Shown here piece by piece: positions 28,590 to 37,633 of a stretch of DNA of 64,000 nucleotides. The notes beneath the pieces were generated by a model. It ran no database searches, was not told the origin of the DNA, and was given only the letters and a program-made list of their open reading frames with translations. The stretch's first letter is position 1. The number at the start of each line of letters is the position of its first letter. Made by a program: the position numbers and the translations under genes. The stretch is from Coriobacteriia bacterium (GTDB lineage: Bacteria; Actinomycetota; Coriobacteriia; WRKU01; WQUG01), in the NCBI GenBank assembly GCA_009778715.1, contig WRFR01000004.1, positions 1,857 through 65,856 of the forward strand. Direction: 5' to 3'.

Positions 28590-30462
28590 TGTGAGCAGCA
28601 TGTTGCGTGTACGCTTCCTGGTCCTGGGGGCGCTGATACTTGCCATCTTTGCGATGCTGGGAGTGAAACTCTGGTCCCTGCAGCTCTTGAACGGTAAGCA
28701 GTATACCCAGCAGGCAGCCAACAATCGCCTGCGTACCTCGACCACCTCAGCTACCCGGGGTCGGATATTCGATCGCAACGGAGTTCCCCTGGTCGTCAAT
28801 CGCTCCTCGATGGCCGTCCTGGCTCCTACCTATATCGAAGATGATACAGCGTATCCAGGCCTGATTGCTCGTCTGGCCTCCGTGCTGAACATGACAGAAA
28901 AGGAGATCACCGACAAGCTGAACAACTACCGCGATGCGCCCCTTGATCCCCATGTGCTCGCTATCGATGTGTCGATGCAACAGATCGCCTACATCAGCGA
29001 GCACTCGACGCTGTTTCCCAACGTGACGATTCAGGCGATGGCGGTCAGGCAGTACCCTCAGGGTGCGTTGGCGGCCCAGGTTCTGGGCTACACCGGCGAG
29101 ATCAGCGATAACGAACTTAACAGCTCCGCGTTCAAGGGCTATCAGGCAAGCGACATCGTGGGTAAGAGCGGCGCTGAGAGTGAGTTCGAGAACGTGCTGC
29201 AGGGCGTGCGCGGTACGACGCAGCTGGAAGTTGACGCCGATGGCATCCCCAAGCGCATCATGTCCTCAACGCCAGCCCAGTCGGGTGAGGATGTACGCTT
29301 GACGATCGACGCCAAGGTGCAGAAGTTGACCGAACAAGCGTTGGGCGAGGCGCTCAAAACTGCGCAGCAAAAGGGCGCGAAGAATGCAAAAGCCGCTAGC
29401 GCCGTTGCGCTGAATGTCAAGACCGGCGAAGTCTTGGCTATGGCATCGCTGCCGAGTTACGATCCGTCTTTATTTATCGGAGGGATATCGACCACCGCCT
29501 GGAACCAGCTCAATGCCAAGGGTTCTGAGTACCCGCTGACCAACCGGGCGATCAGCTCGATGTATCCTCCTGCCTCGACCTTCAAGTCATTCGTTGCCCT
29601 GGCGGCGCTCAATGATGGCATCGCGACGGCGAACACGACCTTTGACTGTCAGGGCACCTGGTATGGCCTGGGTAACAGCTGGGGTAAGCGGTGCTGGGAC
29701 CTTTATGGGCATGGCAAACTGGATATGACGCAGGCTATCACGGAGAGCTGCGATATTTATTTCTATAACCTGGGCAAGGCCTTTTATGACAAGGGCGGCA
29801 AGGACGGCGTGCTTCTCCAGGATTACGTGAAAAAGTTTGGCTTTGGGTCTTTGACGGGCATCGACTTGCCGGGAGAGGCAGCCGGACGTGTTCCGACCCC
29901 GGCGTGGAAAGCCGCCTACAACGCGAACTACCCTGAGCTGAAGGGGTGGGTCCCGGGTGACACGGTCAACATGGTCATCGGCCAGGGCGATATGCTGGCG
30001 ACCCCGCTTCAGCTGGCGGTCGCCTACAGTGCAATAGCAAATAACGGCGTGGAGATGACGCCGCACATCCTCAAGTCGGTCGCGAACAATGAAGGTCAGA
30101 CGATCAGCGCCTATGCGCCCAAACCCGAGGCGACCCAACCGACGGCCAGCGCGTCCTCGCTTGCCACTCTTCACACAGCGCTCTTCGATGTGACTACGGC
30201 CTCCAATGGCACGGCGCACTCGGCGTTTCGCAGCTATCAGACCGAGGTCGCGGGTAAGACCGGGACAGCCCAGGTGCTAGGTAAAGACGACTACGGCTGG
30301 TTCGTGGGCTATGCGCCCGCCAATGACCCGCAGTACTGCGTTGCGGTCATGATCGAGCAGGCGGGGGAAAGCTCGGTGACAGCTCCGGCAGCGCGCCAGA
30401 TCTTCGAGGCGCTCTTCGGGCAGAAATCTGAACATATCGTTGCAAATGACACATCAAGGTAG
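28570..30462 (+). CDS. mrdA: peptidoglycan D,D-transpeptidase PBP2 (elongasome)
   Basis: N-terminal TM helix, PBP dimerisation domain and transpeptidase motifs STFKSF (SxxK), SCD (SxN-like) and KTGTAQV. Confidence 0.9.
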   Translation: MEASMSDVSSMLRVRFLVLGALILAIFAMLGVKLWSLQLLNGKQYTQQAANNRLRTSTTSATRGRIFDRNGVPLVVNRSSMAVLAPTYIEDDTAYPGLIARLASVLNMTEKEITDKLNNYRDAPLDPHVLAIDVSMQQIAYISEHSTLFPNVTIQAMAVRQYPQGALAAQVLGYTGEISDNELNSSAFKGYQASDIVGKSGAESEFENVLQGVRGTTQLEVDADGIPKRIMSSTPAQSGEDVRLTIDAKVQKLTEQALGEALKTAQQKGAKNAKAASAVALNVKTGEVLAMASLPSYDPSLFIGGISTTAWNQLNAKGSEYPLTNRAISSMYPPASTFKSFVALAALNDGIATANTTFDCQGTWYGLGNSWGKRCWDLYGHGKLDMTQAITESCDIYFYNLGKAFYDKGGKDGVLLQDYVKKFGFGSLTGIDLPGEAAGRVPTPAWKAAYNANYPELKGWVPGDTVNMVIGQGDMLATPLQLAVAYSAIANNGVEMTPHILKSVANNEGQTISAYAPKPEATQPTASASSLATLHTALFDVTTASNGTAHSAFRSYQTEVAGKTGTAQVLGKDDYGWFVGYAPANDPQYCVAVMIEQAGESSVTAPAARQIFEALFGQKSEHIVANDTSR

Positions 30463-30471
30463 AATCTGGTT

Positions 30472-31698
30472 ATGGCAGAAGCGCTGAGAGCATGGATAAA
30501 AAGGTGGGTCAATCTGCCGCTGGTCATAGTTACCGTGGTTCTGGGAATCTATGGCGCAGTTATCGTGACGGCGGTGGTCCAGGGCTATGCCTCCGCTGCC
30601 AGCATGATCAAAAAGGAATACCTGGGGCTTATCCTGGGGGCGATTCTGGCCATTGGCGTGGTCGCTATCGACTACCGGCGTTTCAAGACCTGGTGGCTTG
30701 GTTTTCTTATCATGGCGGGCATCCTGCTGTTCCTGCCCAAGGTCCCGGGCCTTGGCGTCAGGGGCGGCTTGGGTGGCACCCTCTGGGTGGGCATCGGCCA
30801 TACCGCTTTGTTCCAACCCTCTGAACCGGCAAAGCTGCTGACCATCCTGGCGGTGGCCGCCTATGTCGCGCGCTTTGAGGGCCGTATTGAGCGGGTACGC
30901 GACTTCCTGAAGGCGGCAGGTGTCGCCTTCATCCCCTTCGCGCTCCTCATCATCCAGGGCGACCTGGGCACCGGCCTGGTGACTCTGGCTATTATGCTGG
31001 GCATCCTGTTAGTCGGCGGAGCGAATCCCCGCCATCTGCTCATCTTCATTGTGACCGGCATCGCGCTGATCGCCGGGCTTTTGTGGGTGAACACAAAGTG
31101 GACGTATGTGGTCACTCCCACTGATGGGAGCAAGCCTTATGTCGAGCATCACCTGATAAAAAATTATCAGCTTGATCGCCTGACGGTCTTTGTGAACCCA
31201 AGTGGTGACACCGGCAACGCTGGTTATCAGTTGCAGCAGTCAAAGATCGCAATCGGCTCCGGGCAGTTTACGGGGAAAGGCCTGAGTAAGGGTACTCAGA
31301 GCACCCTGAACTTCCTTCCGACTCGCCATACCGATTTCATTTTTGCGGCTATGTCGGAGAAGGTTGGTTTTATCGGGGGTATGTTCCTGATAGCGCTTTA
31401 TCTGGCACTGTTGACCATAAGCCTTTCGATCAGCAGTGGGGCTGAAGACCTATTTGGTACACTGATAGTAGTAGGTATCATCTCGATGTGGTTGTTCCAG
31501 ATCCTGGAGAATATCGGCATGAACATGGGGCTTATGCCGATCACTGGTATTCCGTTGCCGTTCATGAGCTACGGAACGTCGGCGCTGATAACCAACATGG
31601 TATGTGTGGGAGTCTTAGGTTCGATCTGGAGCCATCGCCCGTATTTGGCAGCGACGAAAGGGACGATTAAACGTGGCATCTCCTATAAAAATTACTGA
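30472..31698 (+). CDS. rodA: peptidoglycan glycosyltransferase RodA (SEDS family)
   Basis: FtsW/RodA/SpoVE 10-TM architecture. Conserved GIPLPFMSYGTSAL. Confidence 0.9.
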   Translation: MAEALRAWIKRWVNLPLVIVTVVLGIYGAVIVTAVVQGYASAASMIKKEYLGLILGAILAIGVVAIDYRRFKTWWLGFLIMAGILLFLPKVPGLGVRGGLGGTLWVGIGHTALFQPSEPAKLLTILAVAAYVARFEGRIERVRDFLKAAGVAFIPFALLIIQGDLGTGLVTLAIMLGILLVGGANPRHLLIFIVTGIALIAGLLWVNTKWTYVVTPTDGSKPYVEHHLIKNYQLDRLTVFVNPSGDTGNAGYQLQQSKIAIGSGQFTGKGLSKGTQSTLNFLPTRHTDFIFAAMSEKVGFIGGMFLIALYLALLTISLSISSGAEDLFGTLIVVGIISMWLFQILENIGMNMGLMPITGIPLPFMSYGTSALITNMVCVGVLGSIWSHRPYLAATKGTIKRGISYKNY

Positions 31699-32614
31699 TC
31701 TTTTCAAACTGAGCAAAAAGTTCATGGGAGCACAGCAGAAAACGATGCGCCTGACGATCTATATCGATCCGCATTGCTCAGATGAGGTCGTCGCGGATAT
31801 CTGCGAGCTTCTGCGTCCGGCGACGAGCCGCTCGCATGTCTTCGTGCGTGTGCTCAGTGGGCAGCGGGGCACAGACAGTGCGCAGTTGGGGCTTGAGAAG
31901 GACATGACGGCTCGTTTGATTTTGTGCGCGCATGCGGCAGAGCTTGCTGGCCTGACGCCGCTTCCTCCTAAGACCTGTGTGGTCACAAGCGATGAGTTGC
32001 GCAGTGAGGGGGCAGATTCGCTGGGACTCTCGATACTTGATGTCGTCTCGCCACTCTCGGGTGACCTGGAAACGCAGGTGGCGACCTGGCTTTCGACGGC
32101 GCTTCCTTCCAAACATCTGACGATCGCGGGTGATTTCCCGTTCACACGAGCTGAGATCTCGCGTGATATCTGCAGCGCGACAGCCCGGCAGAACGCGATG
32201 ATAGCTCTTGTGCCGTTTACCCGGGGCGCTGATATGCCCGTGCTGGTCGCTAACCAGACCAAGATGCTGTTCCAGCTTGCGCTGGTGCGCGGATTAAAAC
32301 TTAACACGCAGCGCATACCGGAGCTGCTGGCGACTGGCGCCGTGGCTTTTGCGGGGCGGCTTCTGGCTTCGCGCCTGACGCCGCCATTTGCTCCGGCTCG
32401 CTGGCTTGTGCGAGGTGCGGTCGCCTTTGGTCTGACGACGGCATTGGGACAGGGCGCCTGCCTCTATTACGATAAACAGGCCCAAAAGGAGAATGAGCGG
32501 GCAGCGGTAGAAGCGCTGAACGCGGCCGAGCAGCACCTGGAAGCAGCGGGGCTGAAGAATCCGACGGACGTATTGTCCGGTTTGCTTGAGGAAGGCTCTG
32601 CGGCGCAGGGCTGA
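31673..32614 (+). CDS. hypothetical protein (conserved position between rodA and the radical-SAM pair)
   Basis: Long ORF with no recognisable motif. Start ambiguous (31673 vs ATG 31724). Confidence 0.4.
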   Translation: MASPIKITDLFKLSKKFMGAQQKTMRLTIYIDPHCSDEVVADICELLRPATSRSHVFVRVLSGQRGTDSAQLGLEKDMTARLILCAHAAELAGLTPLPPKTCVVTSDELRSEGADSLGLSILDVVSPLSGDLETQVATWLSTALPSKHLTIAGDFPFTRAEISRDICSATARQNAMIALVPFTRGADMPVLVANQTKMLFQLALVRGLKLNTQRIPELLATGAVAFAGRLLASRLTPPFAPARWLVRGAVAFGLTTALGQGACLYYDKQAQKENERAAVEALNAAEQHLEAAGLKNPTDVLSGLLEEGSAAQG

Positions 32615-34565
32615 GGTCGCGATGCCGGCACACCAACTCTCTGAGCAGTTTCTGCGGCTGGCCGCACGCGCGCAGTACCCTTCGCGCTCACTTGACCATG
32701 AGTGGGGCGTGTCCACGGCTCTGGCAGAAGTTCAGGAAGGGTGTGAGATACCGCCCGGCGTCCTGCACGGGGCATTCTGTTATCCGGCTTCCTATGAGCT
32801 GGGTCAGTCCAACAACGCAATCAAGATACTTACTGCACTGGCAAACGCTTTACCGGAGGTCCTGGCAGAGCGGGTCTTTTTGCCCGGTGACGACCTGCGG
32901 GCGCTGATGCGCTCAGACGGCGTGCCGCTTTTGACCCTTGAGACCAACACCCCCGTGCGCGAGCTTGATTTTTTAGGGGTGACCTTGCCCTACGAGTTGT
33001 CGTTTCCTGCGGTGCTGGAAGTGCTGGATCTGGCTGACTTGCCCCTGCGCGCGGCCGAGCGTGATGAGTCGTTGCCGCTCGTGATCGGTGGCGGGCCGTG
33101 TGTTTATAATCCAGAACCACTGGCCCCGTTTTTTGACGCCTTCTTCTTGGGCGAGGCCGAGGAGGAGCTGCCCTCACTGATGCAGCGCTTGACTGAGCTG
33201 CGCGGGCAGGGTGCAACGCGGGCAGAGCAGCTCTGCCAGCTGGCCACCTTGCCGGGTATGTATGTTCCCTCGCTTTATGAGGCGGTCGCCACGGGTTCGG
33301 GGACGCGCACCGTGCCAGTCGCGGGTACCGGCGCGCCTCCGGTGATCGAGCGGGTGGTCGCGCGCAGCTTCGCGGACAGCCCGGCTGTCTGTGGGAGCGT
33401 AGTCCCTTACAGCGAGGTGATCCATGATCGTCTGGCGGTCGAAGTGCAACGGGGTTGCTCACGGGGGTGTCGTTTCTGCCAGGCAGGCATGACGTATCGC
33501 CCGGTACGCCAGCGCCGTCCTGATGATCTGCTGCGCGAGATCCTGGCCGGGCTGAAGGCGACCGGCTACGACGAAGTATCGCTGACCTCGCTTTCGACCA
33601 CGGATTACGCGCAGCTACCAGAGTTGTTGCGGCGTCTGAAAAGCCGATTGGATCCCGTAGGTGTCTCCTGCTCGCTTCCCAGCTTGCGCATCGATGCGTT
33701 CTCGGTCGAAGCTGCGCGCCAACTCAGCGGGGGGGCCAAGAAAAGTGGCCTGACCTTTGCTCCTGAGGCAGGCAGTCAGCGTTTGCGTGATGTCATCAAC
33801 AAGAATGTGACCGAGCAACAGCTTCTCGACACCGTCCGTGCGGCGGCGGCAAACGGTTGGCGACGGGTCAAGCTGTACTTCATGATCGGGCTGCCCACGG
33901 AGACTGACGCTGATGTCAGGGCGATCGGGGAGCTTTTGCAGCGGCTTCAGGAGATGCTGTTCGAAGAGTTCGATCGCTCGCTGGCGCGCGCGTTTACGCT
34001 ATCTGTGAGCGTGGCCAGTTTCATACCGAAACCTCATACGCCGTTTCAGTGGGAGGCACAGGACAGCCGCGAAGAGCTCCAGCGCAAGCAGCGATTGCTG
34101 GAGGATTCGCTCCCACGCCGGGGCGTGACCTTGCACTATCATGGGGCTGATACCTCGTTTGTGGAGGGGGTCCTGGCTCGAGGTGACCGCCGTGTGGCTG
34201 CAGCGATCGAGGCTGCCTGGCGTGCGGGCGCCGGCACCGATGCCTGGGAAGGCAACTTCGACCTAACGCGTTGGGAGCAGGCTTTTGCGGACTGTGGCCT
34301 GGATGCGGTCAATATCTCACAGCGCCAGCGCACTTTAGACGAGGACTTGCCTTGGGGCCATATCTCGACAGGAGTAAGCCTTGAGTACCTGCGCCGTGAG
34401 GCGGAGTTGGCGCGCGCAGAAGCGACCACGGCGGACTGCACGTTTGAGGCCTGTAGCGCTTGCGGCGCCTGCCAGGCTGCGGGCATCGACCCGAAAACGG
34501 TGGCAGGACTGCGACGGGGCGTGTCAGGCGATCGGCAGCAGGCGCGCAGGGGGAGTGATGCCTGA
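32586..34565 (+). CDS. TIGR03960-family radical SAM protein (B12-binding-like N-terminal domain + rSAM core)
   Basis: CxxxCxxC at GCSRGCRFCQAG. ~650 aa. Conserved position immediately upstream of DUF2344 and rne/rng. Confidence 0.8.
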   Translation: MRKALRRRAEVAMPAHQLSEQFLRLAARAQYPSRSLDHEWGVSTALAEVQEGCEIPPGVLHGAFCYPASYELGQSNNAIKILTALANALPEVLAERVFLPGDDLRALMRSDGVPLLTLETNTPVRELDFLGVTLPYELSFPAVLEVLDLADLPLRAAERDESLPLVIGGGPCVYNPEPLAPFFDAFFLGEAEEELPSLMQRLTELRGQGATRAEQLCQLATLPGMYVPSLYEAVATGSGTRTVPVAGTGAPPVIERVVARSFADSPAVCGSVVPYSEVIHDRLAVEVQRGCSRGCRFCQAGMTYRPVRQRRPDDLLREILAGLKATGYDEVSLTSLSTTDYAQLPELLRRLKSRLDPVGVSCSLPSLRIDAFSVEAARQLSGGAKKSGLTFAPEAGSQRLRDVINKNVTEQQLLDTVRAAAANGWRRVKLYFMIGLPTETDADVRAIGELLQRLQEMLFEEFDRSLARAFTLSVSVASFIPKPHTPFQWEAQDSREELQRKQRLLEDSLPRRGVTLHYHGADTSFVEGVLARGDRRVAAAIEAAWRAGAGTDAWEGNFDLTRWEQAFADCGLDAVNISQRQRTLDEDLPWGHISTGVSLEYLRREAELARAEATTADCTFEACSACGACQAAGIDPKTVAGLRRGVSGDRQQARRGSDA

Positions 34566-35308
34566 TGGCGAACTTCCGTCTGCGGTTTTCATTCTCTGAG
34601 CAGGGCCGCGGCGCGCTTCTCTCGCATCTTGAGGTGCAGCGTGCGTTGACCCGACTCCTGCGTCGCGCGGAACTTCCGTTTGTTTTGACCCAGGGTTTCA
34701 GCCCGCGCATGAAGCTTGCGACGGGTCCAGCGCTCCCGGTGGGCATAGCATCACAGGCTGAGTACGCTGATGTCGAGCTGAGCCGCTTTGTTAAGCCTGC
34801 CGAGGCGACCTGCCGCCTGCAAAGCGCTGCTCCGCCGCTTCTTCCGGTGCTGGACTGCGCCTACGTCAGGCCCCAGGAGCCCTCATTGGACGCCTGGCTT
34901 AACGCGCAGACCATAGAGCTGAGGATTGATCAGGCTCTGTTGGCGGACCGCAGCCTGGAAGAGGTGTGCCGCCAGTTTGAAGCCGTGCGCACGGGCCCGG
35001 CGCTTGAGGTCGAGCGCAAAGGCAAGCTCCGCCAGTATATCCCTGCCGATTTCGTCCCGGATCCCCTGGAACTTTCTGCAAGGACCGCCGACTCCGAGGG
35101 GGAGAGGTCTGTGATCGCGCGCTTCATGTTGTTGCTCCCTGCCGCCGGCGCGTTGCGTTCTGACGTGTTTGCGGCGGCGCTTTTGAGTCCTTTGGGTATC
35201 GACTTGTTCGATATTACGGTTACACGTATTGCACTTTTTCATCTGAACCCTGATGGCTCCTGTCAGTTTGCTTTGCCAGGCAGGGCCGCAGGTGTTGGTA
35301 GCCAATGA
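34565..35308 (+). CDS. TIGR03936/DUF2344 family protein (radical-SAM-associated)
   Basis: N-terminus MANFRLRFSFSEQGRGALLSHLEVQRALTRLLRRAELPFVLTQGFSPRMKLATGPALPVGIASQAEY matches the DUF2344 consensus. Confidence 0.75.
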   Translation: MANFRLRFSFSEQGRGALLSHLEVQRALTRLLRRAELPFVLTQGFSPRMKLATGPALPVGIASQAEYADVELSRFVKPAEATCRLQSAAPPLLPVLDCAYVRPQEPSLDAWLNAQTIELRIDQALLADRSLEEVCRQFEAVRTGPALEVERKGKLRQYIPADFVPDPLELSARTADSEGERSVIARFMLLLPAAGALRSDVFAAALLSPLGIDLFDITVTRIALFHLNPDGSCQFALPGRAAGVGSQ

Positions 35309-36489
35309 AGCGGCGTTGGCTTTTTGCGCGCGATGACCTGCGCACGCGGGTGGCCTTGACAGAAGATGGCGCCCTCGCCGAGTACTATGAGGAACTTCTG
35401 AGTGGCCCGGTTCGTTGCAGGTCGATCTATGCGGGCATCGTGCGTGACGTCGTACCAGCGATCGAGGCGGCTTTTGTTGAGGTCGGCCCAGGAGAGAAAG
35501 TCTTTTTGCAGCTTGCTGGGTCGGACGTGTTGCCGCAGGTCGGGGAGCGGGTACTGGTCCAGATCACTCAGGTCGCGCGCGCGACGAAAGCGCCCCAGGC
35601 TTCCCGTGAGCTTAAGCTGGCGGGGCGCTTTGTGGTCCTTACCACAGGAAGCGATCATGTGGGCATTGCGAAGCGCATTACGAATGCTGCGCTCAGGGAT
35701 GAACTCCGCGCCGGGCTTCAGGCTCAACTTGAGCAGCTCAGGCAGGAGCAGGACGACGCCCCGGACTTTGGTGTGATCGTGCGTTCGCTTGCGGCCTCTG
35801 TAGATATCGAGGTGATGGGAGCTGAACTCAAGGCTTTGATGTGTTGTTGGGGTCAGATCAAGGAGCGCTTCGCTCATGAGCGACAAGCGAAAAGCGCTGC
35901 GCCGGCGCTCTTGCATGAAGAACTTTCTTTGTCTCTGCGCATGTTGCGTGATCGCGTTACGGTCCTTGATGAGGTAGTGATCGATGATAGGCGCCTGTTC
36001 GATGAGGCATCGTCTTTGTTCGCATCCTTGTCAGAAGGCCCGGATATGTTTGAGGCCGCGCAGCTTCCTCGGCCTGAGCTTTTTGTCGCACAGGACGCCT
36101 CCCTGTTTGAGCGTGAGAGTGTCCAGGACCAGCTTCTTGCTTCCCGCGCGCGTCTCTGCCTGTTGCCCAGCGGAGGCAGCGTTGTGATCGACGTGGGCGA
36201 AGCGCTCTGTGCTATCGACGTGAACAGCGGAAGCAGCACTAACGCTGCTACTTTGGAAGCAACGGCGTTTCAGACAAACTGCGAGGCGGCGGTAGAGGTC
36301 GCCCGGCAGCTGAGGCTTCGTAACATCGCGGGTATCGTTATCGTTGATTTTATCGAGATGCGCGACCAGTCGGATGAGAAAAAGCTGATGGGGCTGTTTG
36401 CCAAAGAACTTGCGCGTGATCATGCCCGAATCCGCCTGCTACCTCTTGATGAGTTTGGCTTGGCGAAACTTACCCGCAAACGGCAATAA
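35305..36489 (+). CDS. rng: ribonuclease E/G family endoribonuclease (short RNase G-like form)
   Basis: S1 domain GIVRDVVPAIEAAFVEVG. Catalytic DNase-I-like motif IDVNSGSS and IVIVDFIEM. Confidence 0.85.
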   Translation: MKRRWLFARDDLRTRVALTEDGALAEYYEELLSGPVRCRSIYAGIVRDVVPAIEAAFVEVGPGEKVFLQLAGSDVLPQVGERVLVQITQVARATKAPQASRELKLAGRFVVLTTGSDHVGIAKRITNAALRDELRAGLQAQLEQLRQEQDDAPDFGVIVRSLAASVDIEVMGAELKALMCCWGQIKERFAHERQAKSAAPALLHEELSLSLRMLRDRVTVLDEVVIDDRRLFDEASSLFASLSEGPDMFEAAQLPRPELFVAQDASLFERESVQDQLLASRARLCLLPSGGSVVIDVGEALCAIDVNSGSSTNAATLEATAFQTNCEAAVEVARQLRLRNIAGIVIVDFIEMRDQSDEKKLMGLFAKELARDHARIRLLPLDEFGLAKLTRKRQ

Positions 36490-36821
36490 GATACGCCAGG
36501 CATTGCCTGGCGCCGTTGTCGTGAGGCTCAAAGAATCACCCCTGAGCCAGATCCAACTCAGGGGTGAGGTGAGGTGACCCCTACAAAAAAATGAGGAAGG
36601 AGGGGCGAGGCCACCACGCAGTCTTTTCAGACCTTTTCAGTTTATCAGGGCAATTGATCTCTCCACAGATTCTTCAAACTTTAGATATTTATATAAATAT
36701 TCTAAGGTTTTGATTACCAAGCAAACGGAAGCTCGCAAATAAAGGTTCTTTTTGTTTGACGAGGGGCGACGGGATTTGCTACTATTAATGATTGCGAATC
36801 AACTGTCAGGAAAGGCATCAT

Positions 36822-37133
36822 ATGTATGCAATCGTTGCCACAGGCGGCAAACAATATAAGGTAGAAGAAGGCGACGTCTTAGAGGTCGAGAAGCTTGACG
36901 GCGAAGCGGGTGCTTCTGTTGAGCTGCCAGTCGTCATGATCGCGGGCGACAAAGCGGTCGTTACCGACGCAAAGAAGCTTGCGAAGGCGAAAGTGACCGC
37001 AGAGATCGTTGACCAGTTTAAGGGCGAGAAAGTCGTCATCTTCAAGTTCAAGAAGCGTAAGGGATACAAGCGTACGCGTGGGCATCGGCAGAATCTGACC
37101 CGCCTGCGTATCACGAAACTGAGCGAGGCATAA
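36822..37133 (+). CDS. rplU: 50S ribosomal protein L21
   Basis: Starts MYAIVATGGKQYKVEEGDVL. ATG 36822 has RBS GGAAAGG upstream. The ORF-track start at 36792 is an extension. Confidence 0.95.
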   Translation: MYAIVATGGKQYKVEEGDVLEVEKLDGEAGASVELPVVMIAGDKAVVTDAKKLAKAKVTAEIVDQFKGEKVVIFKFKKRKGYKRTRGHRQNLTRLRITKLSEA

Positions 37134-37136
37134 GTC

Positions 37137-37394
37137 ATGGCACACAAAAAAGGATTAGGTTCTACTCGAAACGGGCGTGACTCCCAGGCCAAACGCCTGG
37201 GTGTGAAGCGTTTCTCTGGCGAGCAAGTTACGACCGGTACGATCATCGTGCGCCAGCGCGGCACTCACATTCATCCCGGTGACCTGGTCGGTCGTGGTGG
37301 CGATGACACGCTGTTCGCTCTGGCGGATGGTACCGTCGAGTTTACGCACGGCAAGAAGCGCCAGGTACATATTCGACCGGCCGAGACCGTATAA
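37137..37394 (+). CDS. rpmA: 50S ribosomal protein L27
   Basis: Starts [26 protein letters not shown]. Confidence 0.95.
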   Translation: MAHKKGLGSTRNGRDSQAKRLGVKRFSGEQVTTGTIIVRQRGTHIHPGDLVGRGGDDTLFALADGTVEFTHGKKRQVHIRPAETV

Positions 37395-37445
37395 GAGCGG
37401 GGCCTGACGCATGGCAGCGTAAGCGCATAAGTAAAATCAATTACT

Positions 37446-37472
37446 GAGCCCCTCTGCTGAGGGGCTTTTTGT
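37446..37472 (+). terminator. rho-independent terminator after rpmA
   Basis: Hairpin gagcccctc-tgct-gaggggctc followed by TTTTTGTT. Confidence 0.7.
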
Positions 37473-37527
37473 TACAGTAAGACGGTGACGACGGCAAGGG
37501 AGACAAGGGTGACAAGGGATCAGGTAG

Positions 37528-37587
37528 GTGACAAAGGGTCAGGTACTTTGTCAGGCGTTCCTGACAAAGTACCTGACCCTTTGTCAC
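37528..37587. repeat. family-2 element: perfect 28-bp-arm palindrome between rpmA and obg
   Basis: gtgacaaagggtcaggtactttgtcagg-cgtt-cctgacaaagtacctgaccctttgtcac. Preceded by GACAAGGG direct repeats at 37502-37520. Confidence 0.8.
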
Positions 37588-37633
37588 CTTGTCACTGAGC
37601 AGAAAGCGGGAGATGAGCGATACCGGCGGAAAT

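Noticed and set aside
32830-33462. 210-aa minus-strand ORF inside the radical SAM gene
   Set aside because: Pro/Arg/Ala-rich, antisense to a gene with an intact CxxxCxxC motif. Spurious.
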